Shown piece after piece: positions 12,973 through 24,745 of a stretch of DNA of 64,000 nucleotides (positions are counted from its first letter, which is position 1; each line of letters starts with the position of its first letter). A program made the position numbers and the translations under genes. The notes beneath the pieces are model-generated. The model saw only the letters and a program-made list of their open reading frames with translations, had not been told where the DNA came from and searched no databases. The DNA is taken from NCBI GenBank assembly GCA_043228905.1, contig JBHGNT010000016.1, positions 16,058,001-16,122,000 of the forward strand. The letters run 5' to 3'. This stretch comes from Azolla caroliniana (lineage: Eukaryota; Plantae; Polypodiophyta).

Positions 12973-13412
12973 AGATGTGAAATGCTCTCAAGAATAGCTC
13001 CCTTTCCATTACATTCCAAGTTACATTTTATAGACTACTCTTAGCGTGGAGGGTGTTCTCATGCTCCAATTAGCTCTTCTAATTATGGGGGCTTGGTAGG
13101 GACCTAATTTGGGTGTGGTCCATGTGACCGCCACAATATAAAATCCAACTTCATGTATGGAAGATTGAACATTGGAAGTTCCTAGCTTGCATGCATCCTC
13201 ATGCATTCTCTATTCCTAGCTAGCATACATACCTCTACCTTCTTGTATAAATACTTAGGTGCACCGTGATCCTAGTCAAGGTGAACAACACCAGTTACGG
13301 AATCATAAGTGAAGTTCTTGTTCTTTTTCTCTCTCCTAGTTCTTAGTCTCGTCTTGTCCCTACTCTATTATATTCGTCCGTGACAGTTTGTTCACTTCCT
13401 CATATTGCTACC

Positions 13413-16400
13413 ATGTCTGAATCCGTCGACAACCTAAACCAAGTAATGGCAGCCTCTCAACAACTTCAACTCGAAAATGAAATCCTTTGGGAATCATTAT
13501 GGGAGCTTCAATCCGTCACATCAAGAAACCCACCACCCACGGAGCCACAACCACCGTCGGCACCTAGCTCAAGCACTTCCTCTTCCCATCCATATGTCCT
13601 CGAACTAACCATCAGCCTACTCGACAAATTGAACGGCACAAGAGCGCATCTTTGTGACTTCATCGGTTGATCATCCGATTACAGCTAGAATGGTATGCTA
13701 ACGACTTCATTCACACCCTTCTCTCGGGGCCAGCGCAAGCGTGGTTTGCACCCTTGGTCGAGACATCATCCTCTCTCTTAGAAAACTTTACCACTCTCCT
13801 TGTTGAGCTCGAAGCTACATTCTACAGGACAAACCAGCGACGAACGACACTCATGAAGCTCTATTCCTTCCAACAAGGCTCACGTCCAACCTCTATGAAT
13901 GTTTCAAAGTTCCGCCAAATTGTCTGCTATGTCAATTGGGATGACCAAGCCTTATGCGACCATTTTCATCGTGGACTCCGAAACGATGTCAAGACTCTTC
14001 TCTTGAACTTTCCGGAGCCCACATCGTTATCTCAAGTAATCTCCCCAGCCGTCCAATGTGATAATCGTCTGTTCGCACTTCGTCAGGAAGAACGTGGAAC
14101 TCGCAAATTTCAGTATTCCTCCCGACACGTATCAATAGCCAGACCCTACGTCTGAGTTTCGCCCCCCCTCCAACCTTACCATCACCCAATGGTACTCATT
14201 CTATAATGGAGATCGATTCCCATACCCTGATGGAGATCAACCACGCTCGGTTCCAACCACTAACTGATGCCCAACGCCAACATCATCGTGACAATGGCCT
14301 CTCTCTATTGTGGTAACCATGTCTATGTAATTCGTCACTGCTCGATGTGGGGCCCTCGACACCAATTCTCCTGTGCACAACTTGCGGAGGTTCCTCGACA
14401 ACAGGAAAACGACTAAGTCTGTCTGCAATAGGAGCCATGTTGTTGGACGCTTCCCATTACCCACCTTCTTCATCATCCTACAAGTTTGTTCCACCATTAC
14501 GAGGGTTTTCTTTGCAAGTAAGTCTTTGTTTGGGGTCAACATCAATACAGTCTCATGTTTTGCTTGACTCCATAGCATCTGCTTGTTTAATCGATATATG
14601 CTTTGTCCGCGCACATAATATCTCCACCACCCGCACCCCACAACCCATATCTATTGAAGCGATCGACGGCCGGTTCCTCTCTTCGGGGGCGGTTACAAAA
14701 GTCAGTATCTCGTTGGTACTTCAAGTCGGGCCCCATCATGAGGTACTAACCTTCCACCTCATCGCAACCCCCCGACATCCGATTGTTTTGGGGCTATCTT
14801 GGTTGGAGACACACAACCCCATGGTGGATTGGTGCAATCACTCCATCACTTTTCCAGTGTGGGCGATTCCAGCTGGGTCACTACATTCTCTTGATTCTGG
14901 TGTGGCTAATTCCAGCTTGGTCGCTACAGTGCCTGTTTTGTCGCTGGACATCTTTGTTCCTGTCAACAATTTACCTGCACAATATAGCAACTTTTCAGAT
15001 ATATTCGAGAAGCGTGATGTAGATCGGTTACCGGCACATCGCTCCTACGATTGCCCAATCGAGCTCCAAGCTAGCGAGAATCCACCATTTGGGCCGATCT
15101 ATGGGCTATGGGAACTCGAGCTTGAGGCTCTCCGCACATATCTAGCGAACAAACTCGTGAAGGGCTTCATTCAACCTTTGAAATCACCGGTTGGGGCCTC
15201 GATTTCATTTGTCAAGAAGAAGGACGACTCATTACGCCTATTTATGGATTATCGGGGTCTCAACAAAGTTACAATGTGTAACCATTATCCCTTTCCCTTA
15301 ATTCCAACGCTTCTCGATCGACTCCAAACCGGGCATATCTTCTCCAAAATCGACCTATGGGGAAGCCTACAATTTGGGGTGCATCAAGCCTGAGGACGAG
15401 TGGAAAATGACCTTTGGAATGCGCTATGGGCATTTCTAGTACAAGGTGATGCCTTTCAACCTTACCAATGCCCCAACAGTCTTCCAACACATGATGAACG
15501 ATATATTCCAAGAGTACCTCGATCACTCTGTGGTAATCTACCTTGACGACATCCTAGTTTTTTCTTCTAACTTAAAGGAGCACACACAACACATCCGGCT
15601 GGTTCTAACCAAACTTCAGGAATATGGGCTTTACGCCAAAAGTGAGAAATGCGAATTCAATCGAACCTCTATCGAATTCCTGGGTTACATAATCTCACCC
15701 ACCGGGATCACAATGGATAACCACAAGGTAGCGGCAATCACCAATTGGCCTCTCCCGACTCGATTGAAAGAGGTACAATCATTTCTTGGTTTCACAAATT
15801 TCTATAGAAGATTTATAGGCAGGTTTTCTTCCCTTTCGCAATCTCTTGTCCAACTTACTTGAAAAGATACTCCATTTTTCTAGACGCCTGTGACATACAA
15901 TGCTTTTTGAGATGCTCAAAACAGCTTTTCTATCAACCACAGTGTTGGTTCACCCAGACCCCAAGAGACGCTTCAAGGTTGAAATGGATGCCTCCGACTT
16001 CGCCATTGGTGCGGTTTTGTCCTAGCCAGATGACAATGACACACTACATCCAATCGCCTTCTACTCCCAGAAATTTACAGCCCCAGAAATCAATTATCTG
16101 GTCTACAACAAGGAGCTCGCAACTATCATCTTTTCCTTCTCCAAATGGCGACCCTATCTCACTGGGCCCAACATCGTATCCATGTGGTAACCGACCACAA
16201 GAATCTCATCTACGTCACCACCAAGTGTACATTGAATCGGAGTCAGCCTCGCCCGTCATATTTTTTTGTTGAATACGACTTCAAAACCTTGTTTCGGTCC
16301 AACGTTCAACATGGGAAGGCAGATGCACTCTCTCGGCAACCAGATTTTGCGCTACGCCTAGGTGATGACGCATATTCTTAGCAATTACATTGTCTATTGC

Positions 16401-16590
16401 GGCTCGATCAACTCCAAATGTTTGCAACCTATATGCTGCATGATGATTCCTTGCTCAACGAAGTTGCCTAGTCCATCACATCAGACCATTCACTACCAAC
16501 ATCCTGGCACGCATAAACAACCCATCCCAAGGAATGCAAAGCTTGGATCTGAATCACATTACAAATCGGGATGGATTGTTGGCATAAAAG
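13413..16590 (+). mobile_element. Decayed Tcn1-like chromoviral Gypsy (gag, PR, RT, RH), truncated before the integrase core
   Basis: WDDQALCDHFHRGL, GGAAAAC slippery site at 14404, LPAHRSYDCPIEL, PPFGPIY, FVKKKDDSLRL, YLDDIL, TDHKNL; probable LTR end CCGTGACA at 13385 with no tRNA PBS. Confidence 0.82.
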
Positions 16591-16679
16591 GCCGACTCCC
16601 TCCATTTTGTATCGTAGTGTGAACTCATCTAAAAGTTAGGGCTTAATATATAAGCAATAACCTAACATTGTAAGATAAG

Positions 16680-16865
16680 CCTTCTTGACCATCTTGTATA
16701 TTGAGTCTTTGAGAGAGAGAGAGAAAAACCGAATGTAATAGAGCTTTCATTATAGCTCAAAATTGTGTATATCCATGCTCTACCTTTTGTGTTGTTTTCT
16801 GAGTGAAAAAGATAGGTCCTCACACGTTTCCGCGAATGTCTATCTTCGTCAACCGGTATCAGAGC
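16680..16865 (+). mobile_element. Remnant LTR 3' end plus tRNA-Met PBS of another LTR element
   Basis: CGGTATCAGAGC (one mismatch to TGGTATCAGAGC) at 16854-16865 after a TTTCCGC-containing LTR-like tail; left limit approximate. Confidence 0.45.
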
Positions 16866-16939
16866 GACCTTATGCTCGAAGGCAACGAACAACAAAAAAA
16901 GCTGAAAGGAAAAAGACCAGGTCAGTAAAAACCTCACTT

Positions 16940-19900
16940 TGTTACCCGGCCGGCAAGAAGGCTTAAGGATGTCCAGACCAGAGTGTGAAAGGATTAGTTT
17001 ATTCGGAAACTATTGTAATTATTTTATTAATATGGACGGACGGACCAGAATCGGTATGCCGATCCGGATCCGGACCGATTCCGAATAGGTGCCGGTTGGC
17101 ACCATTTTGTACTTCGCACCGGAGACCTATATAAAGGCCCGGTTACAATGTAATTGAAAGCGGATAATTAATAGAACTTATTGCCTGAACCTTTCAGTAT
17201 TGATTACCGTTCTGTACTTATTGTTATATTAACGCGTGTAATGACGTATTGCTAAGTAACCAATTAAGGTCTAATTAAGCGTTGTGTCGTAAGTCATCCT
17301 GCCATAACACCCTTTGGTGAAGTGTCTTAAGTGGACACCCTATGTTAGGCTGTTGTCCGGCCCTAGGATTAACACAGTTTTTGGCGACCATGATTCCTGG
17401 ACAATCACAATGAACAACGGCGGAAATGGATGACTAGGCCAACAGACGACCCGGTTACGGAGAGAGCACTAAGACTTGCTGAACGGCGAAGGCGGAGAGA
17501 GGCTTTCCAACAAGCAGCGGAAGAAATCCGATCAGATCGATCATTTTCCAAAGTGATCCGGAAAGTGGCGGAGGAGTCGCTCCGTCTGCAACAAAATGTC
17601 TACCTAGATGAAGGAAGCAGCTTAAGAAGTCTCTGGGAAGTGGAATACCTTCTTCAAGTCTTGGCCGGAAGAGACGGCGAATCCGAAGCATTTTTAGTGC
17701 TGGAATCGGATTCGGAAGGGGGTTACAGCGCGCACACGAACTATCGCAGCAGTAACGACACCCCAGGAGGACCGAAGGACGAGGAGTCGGATACATTACC
17801 AACACCGGAACCAGAGTTGTTAGAGCGGGAACCCCCGACACTAGACGTGGAGCAACCTCCAAAGACGAAAGAAGACAAAGAAAAACCTCCGACACCGGAA
17901 GTCGAGCCGGCAACACCAAAGGAAGACCGACAAAGACCTCCGAAGCTGACGAAACAGCAAGAAAGACCACCGACACTGCCAACCCGCGTACCGACACCTG
18001 ACGAGGACATGCCGTTCCAGTACTCCAAGTATAGGGATGACCCGGACGCGGAGGCTCATGTTCACGTGTTTCAACAAACGTGGGAGGCGAACCATGTGTC
18101 ACAACGGTTAATCGCGGCCGAAGAGGAACGATCTAAGATAGCCGAATTTGGCGTGACATTGGAAGAACCGGCCGCCAGATGGCACCGGACGCAGGACCCC
18201 AGCACCATCACCACCTTTGTGGACCTAAAAGATAAATTCTTGCACTTCTTTCAGAAGGAGGTGGACCAGAGAGAAATGGTGGGCCTATTTTATACCATCC
18301 GGCAGGACCCTAGGGAGAGCATTCCACAGTTTGTCATCCGGTTTCAACGGATGCACAATCAGCTTACCCGAACACCTCCGGAGGAAGAAACACGGGCTAT
18401 ATTCTTAGCCGCGCTCCGGGAATCTCTACGAACGGTATGCACGGTCATCAACTTTCGCACAAGCATCATCGACTAGGTCATCGACCGGGTTAGAGAAATG
18501 GAGAAAACGAGCTCTTGGCTAACAATGGGAGCCCTCCAATGAGCGTTACCAACCGATGAGGATCTCCAATTCCGGCAAGCAATCCAATGCACGACTTGCT
18601 TGAATTCCGGACACTCGGCACTGGAGTGCACCATGCGAACGCACTGCTTACTCTGCCAATCTACGAGCCACACGATGGATCGGTGCAAATATAACTTATT
18701 GAATCGGCAAGCACCACTAGTCCGGCAAATCGAGCCACATAGTAGCCGTGACGAAGAAGACGAATGTTGGCGGCGAGAGGAGCGATATCGACTGGCACAA
18801 GATGTCCGGTACAGCGATCGGCGAGACAACTATGACCGGTACGAGAGTTATGACAAGTACCGAGATTACAATGGACGATACGAGCATTACAACTGGGATC
18901 ATTCCCCCGGGTATCACCAACGACGGGAAGATTATGGGAGATATGACGACCAACCCCGTCAAGGGTACCGCAACAAAAAGAACTTTAATAAAAAACGGCA
19001 TTTCAAAAAAGGGAGCCACCCACATGAACCGGAAAAAGGCGCCTCAAGCAGCCAACCGGACCAAAGCCCCGCGGTTACCACAGGTCCTCCATCGGGTACA
19101 GGAAACAATGCCGAATCCAGCAATACCCGGAAAGCACATTGCTATTATTGCCGGCAAGAAGGACATTATAGTAATCAATGTCCAGCAAAGAGCTATGACA
19201 AACGACTGGCAATAAACATGGTAGTCTCAGACCTGCAGCAGGTTACCACAAGGTCGAAGGGCAAGGCGACGGAATGGGAGACACAAGAGGCCATCCGGAA
19301 GCAGGCAACGGAATGGGTGAAAAAGGCAAATGAGCGAAACGTAGCAGAACTTGCGCAGCAAAAGGAGGACAATGCCGAATCTAGCAATACCCGGAAAGCA
19401 CATTGCTATTATTGCCGGCAAGAAGGACATTATAGTAATCAATGTCCAGCAAAGAGCTATGACAAACGACTGGCAGTAAACATGGTAGTCGCCGAAGTCG
19501 CAGACCTGCAGCAGGTTACCACAAGGTCGAAGGGCAAGGCGACAGAATGGGAGACACAAGAGGCCATCCGGAAGTAGGCAACGGAATGGGTGAAAAAGGC
19601 AAATGAGCGAAACGTAGCAGAACTTGCGCAGCAAAAGGAGAACACCGAAGAGCTCGCCGGCGGCAGTCAGACCGAAAATGCGACATGGCAGGCATTGCAG
19701 GAGTGCCAAATCACGCTGCCATTAGGACGACTCCTGCAACTAGTGCCCAGATTCACAGAAGGACTCAAGACAGGCATGACGGCAGGAGAAACACCACCGG
19801 CACCAACATTCTTCTCAATTCCGGAGGAGGGACCGGCGGTGGTAGACACAAACAGTCCGGCAATCACAGCCATTGTGAAGGGAAAGGAGTTACCCGGAAC

Positions 19901-22900
19901 AGTAATAGATGGAGGATCCGGCGTCAATGTGATTAGCCTCTGAACATGCACAACCTTGGGAATCAAAGAGTGGGAACCATGCCCGTTCTGGCTACGGATG
20001 GCGGATACAAGCTCAGTGCGACTGACCGGCTTGATACGAGATTTGGAAGTAACAATCGGCGGCCACACACTTCGCATCTCGGCAGTAGTGCTACAATTAC
20101 AAGCACAAGGAGCTTACCCGCTATTGTTGGGGTGGCCGTGGCTAAAAACAACGCACATTAAAGAAAACTGGAGGAAGAATATAATCACCTTCCGGCGGGG
20201 AAAAGCAAAAGTATGGGTACTGACACAACCATGGACGGGTACCGGGAAGGAATTGACACCCCTATATGCCGAATGTGTCAATATGCTGGACGGATTAGCA
20301 AACGAAGAGGTGGATCAATATTTGCAAGATAATCCAAAGATAGTACCTCTGTTCGAAATCGACGTAGCTGAAGCCGTATCACCATACATAGTCCCACCGG
20401 ACGGAGCAGACGAAGAACCAAATAAAGAAGTGATCCGGGAGCTACGACAAGCACAAGAAGTGCTGGAAAGAGAAATAGCCGTATCACAAGGGGTTAAAGC
20501 ATCCCAACTAGAGGAGGTGAATCTAGGAACTATGGAAGAGGCGAGGCCAGTGCAGATAGCTAAGGAAATGACTACGGAGAACAGAACGGCGATGATTACA
20601 CTTCTCAAAGAGTTTCGGGACGTGTTTGCCTGGTCCTATGAGGATATGAGAGGGCTTGATCCTTAGCTATATCAGCATCAAATACATTTGAGCAAAGACG
20701 CCAAACCGGTAGCACAACGACGGTACCGGATGAATCCAAACTACGCCGCCAAAGTCAAGGAGGAAATCGACAAGTTGTTGAGGGTTGGCTTTATCTGTCC
20801 CGTAAAGAAATCTACATGGCTGAGCCCGATAGTAGTCGTATCAAAGAAAAACGGCAAAATTAGAGTATGTGTCGACTACTGGAAGCTTAATGCGGCGACG
20901 GTAACTGATGCATTTCCACTTCCATTTACGGATGGAGTTTTGGACGTAGTCGCCGGCCATGAGATATACAGTTTTTTAGACGGATTTAGTGGATACAACC
21001 AGATCCGGATGCACCCCTATGACTAGGAAAAAACGGCTTTCGTCACTGAATGGGGAGTGTTTGTTGCCGTAGTGATGATGTTCGGACTAAAAACGGCACC
21101 GACAACGTTCCAGAGGATCATCATGGAAATATTCGGAGAATTCATACCGGCATTCATGCAGGTGTTCCTCGACGACTTCGTCGTTTACAGTCGGGAAGGA
21201 GACCACCTTCAGCACCTCCGACTGTGTCTAGAAAAGTGTAGGGCTTACCGGCTAAGCCTGAATCCGACGAAGTGTGTATTCGGCGTGTCCAGCGGAACAC
21301 TACTAGGGCACATTGTGAGCAAGGAAGGCATCGCCATGGATCCGGACAAAGTAAAAGCAATCATGGAGGCACTGGCACCAACAACGGCAAAGGCATTGAG
21401 CCGTTTCTTAGGCCAAATCTATTGGCATAGCCGAATGCTCCGGTATTTGGCGGACCTAGCTACACCACTACATGCTGCGGTACACCGAACACCGTTCCAA
21501 TGGACCGACACCGAAGACAAGGCATACCGAGCACTCAAAGTTCTACTGTCACAAGCGCCGGTAGTGCAACCCCAGGACTGGGCGAAGGAATTTCATGTGT
21601 TCGTGGATGCGTCCGACATTGCAATCGGGAGTGCACTGATGCAACTTACGGAGCCAAGATGGTACCGACCCGTATATTATGCAAGTTGGAAGTTATCCCA
21701 AGCCGAACGAAATTATTCCACCACGGAAAGGGAAGCTTTAGGCATGAACTACAGCGTAACAAAATTCAGGCATTATTTATTGGGAAGAAAGTTTTCCTTC
21801 CATGTAGATCATTCGACACTCCTCTACCTAGTGTCCAAAGTGTCACTTACCGGTAAGTTGGCTCGGTGGACTTTGCTATTACAGGAATTCAAATTCGAGA
21901 TATTCCACCGACGCGGCATATAGCATGCGGTAGTAGATTATTTAAGCTGGTTAGATTCCGGCGAAACCGACGACGGAGTACGGGACGAGTTTCCGGATGT
22001 TGAGCTATTTCGAGTCACCACGGAAACGGCAACAGATGAAACGGTGGCACCAGAAGATAAGTGGCTAACAAATATGCACCAATTTCTGAGCACCAGATTG
22101 CCTCCGGAGGAGATGAACCGGGACGAGAGGAAACGCCTGGCGGTACAAAGCTGACACTTCTGTTTATTACGGGACACGCTATACCACAAAGGTGCGGACG
22201 GTATATGGCGACGAGCGGTGCGCAACGACGAGAAAGAGGTAATACTACGGGAAGCACACTGCGGAGTCACCGGAGGCCATTATGCCAGCGATGCTACGGC
22301 AAGGAAGATATGGCAAAGTGGCCTATGGTGGCTGACTACATTGAAAGACGCAGTCCGGTACGCGAAAGAGTGTGATCTATGCCAGCGAATGGGCCAGCTA
22401 ACGGAGCAAGCTAGGATGCCGCACCAGCCAGTACTACCGCTAGAACCATTTCAGAAATGGGGACTGGATTTTGTTGCACCATTTAAACGACCGGCAATGA
22501 GAACTGGCAACCGGTATGTGATCATCACGACGGACTACTGCACTAAATGGGTGGAAGCCAAAGCCCTACGAGACAACACCACGGCGTCGACGGCAAAATT
22601 CTTATATGAATACATTTGGTGCCGGTACGGATGCCCCATAGAGCTGATAAGCGACCAAGGAGGGCACTTTCTTGGACAGGTAGTGGAGAGCTTGACGTCA
22701 TTCTATGCGGTAGTACATAAACGGAGCACGCTGTACTACCCACAAGTCAACGGAGTAGCTGAGTCAACAAACAAAACGCTACAGAATATCCTGCGCAAGA
22801 TCGTATATGAGAATCGGACAGATTGGGACACGAAGCTGCACAGTGCACTCTGGGCTTACCGGACAACCTACAAAACAAGCATCCAAACCACACCGTTCCG

Positions 22901-24745
22901 GCTAGCAATCGGATTAGAGGCAGTCATGCTGGTCGAGTTCCAGGTACCGAGCTTACGGATCTAGATTCGGGAACGTCTTCGCAGGCAATTTCGCGGAATA
23001 ACATATCTTCGCTGGAATCGGAGGCAATTCGGTTAAAGGCTCTGTGTGAACTAGAAGAACACCGACTGGCGAGCATCATGCACCTGGAATTGGAACAACG
23101 GCGACAGAAAGCGTTTGTAGATCGGCACCGAAAAGGAAACGAAAAGATGTTCGAAATCGGCAAGCCAGTACTAGTTTTCCAAACCTGGATGGGTAAAATG
23201 CCAGGCAAACTACGGTTTAGATGGACCGGACCATACTGGATCACACGCAGGTTCAATGGGTCTTACCAATTAGGGACACTTGCCAGCGAGGTGCTGGGTA
23301 AATGGGTCAACAGATTTAGACTAAAGCCATACAAATGACCTATGCCCAAGAACCCATTTGAACGAAGGGCCAACACCGAATTGGATGCCAACAGGCCAAC
23401 CAAGCCGGCAACCTGTGAGGAAAACGGCTACCACCAAGCCGGTAAGGAGGAGCATGAGCCGACAACCGAGCAAAGCAAATCGACGGCAAACTGTCAAGAG
23501 GCTGGCAAGGTGCGCGTTTCGGGTAAGGGTCCGAGAGAATCGGAGAAAAATTAACCACACAATTAATTTCAAAAAAAATAAAATAAAATAATAAAATAAA
23601 AAAGAAGAAAAGAAAAGAAAGAAAAATCGAATCAAAGAAATCACGCAAAGGAGTGGTGGGAACAGCCATGCAAACGAGGAGTAAAGAGGCACTTCGAAAA
23701 GGTATGAGGCTATGAATAGGGCATTAAACCACCGCAACATGGCACGAAATGCTATTATAGTACACGACTTGCACATGTGTAGGCTCGAAAAAGGCGCCAA
23801 GATGCAGAGAGAAAATGTCCCCCGCATCGAGACCTTCTTCTTTCACGAACCAAGGACAACAGATGCAGACAGACGCGTGAAGATCAATCGAAGAGAGCTC
23901 GCGCACAGAGAACCCCCTCACTCAGAACTTTCTCTCACACTCTCTCCACCGTCAAACCTTGCCAACGCTCTCCGACCTCGATGCAGAGATGGACTGCCAA
24001 ACACTGTCTGAAGCCGCGAAGAAATGGCTACGGCAACACGGACTGGAGGGTTTCTTGACGATCGACAATACTACCTCCGAGTAGCTCATCAAATATTTCG
24101 GTGAGTATTCTCTTGCCAGCAAGGGCTACAGGACACGGCGTGGCAAAGATATGTTATTCCGCAAAATTGCCCGTGTACTCCATGAGTTCAGCCACGTATA
24201 CCCTTGACCCCTCGTTATGCCTCAGAACCGAGCAGGCTTGATTATCGCAACGTACGAAGGGGTCAAGGTGGATTGGCAAGTGCTGATCGCCGACGGATTG
24301 TGCGCGGCTATTGATACCGTAAGAGGTAAGGAAGGCAAAGAAGGCCGGAAAATATGGCATGCGGTGACGCAATGGCTCACCCTATTGGGGTCACCTGTCG
24401 AGCTCGTCCAGACCAAGAAACGGGGAAGAGCAACGGACGGCACCCCGAAACCTGCTTCAAACGACAACAGTTGTTGGCCTCCAAGGCCACTAAGGGGAAG
24501 ATGACCGATGCAGAGAAGGCAGCAAAGGAGCGCGCCAACCGGAAGCGGCCGACAGACACGCATGAGGAGACACCGGCACAGCCCCTGAAGAGCCAACTCC
24601 ACCGACCGGTGCAGCAAGAAATGGACACCCTAGCAGACAGAATGAATGCCGAGACTCAGAAGGAGGAAATGGAGGAAGAGCCTACGGAGCACCTCCAGTG
24701 GCAGCCGGTGATAAGGACCGCAGAATCAGCCGGGAAGTGTTCGTA
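16940..24745 (+). mobile_element. Gypsy family A, older 3'-truncated copy (A2)
   Basis: LTR 16940-17374 homologous to 33302-33720; PBS TGGCGACCA at 17382; gag-pol 17430-23554 and ORF2 start at 23989 collinear with element A; many stops; no 3' LTR. Confidence 0.92.
19105..19641 (+). repeat. In-frame tandem duplication (264 + 273 bp) of the gag zinc-knuckle region in A2
   Basis: NAESSNTRKAHCYYCRQEGHYSNQC...ELAQQKE occurs twice; single in element A. Confidence 0.92.

Larger units (their letters stand above)
8578..13135 (-). mobile_element. Ty3/Gypsy LTR retrotransposon with ~160-bp LTRs, decayed (element 2)
   Basis: LTRs 8578-8739 and 12976-13135; 4-bp TSD ATAT (8574-8577, 13136-13139); minus-strand gag (CFYCNKYGH), PR, RT (VYLDH), RH (TDHQSL), INT (WDIMGP, SDRGPQF, NGLTERLN, WIGPF). 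Confidence 0.9.
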
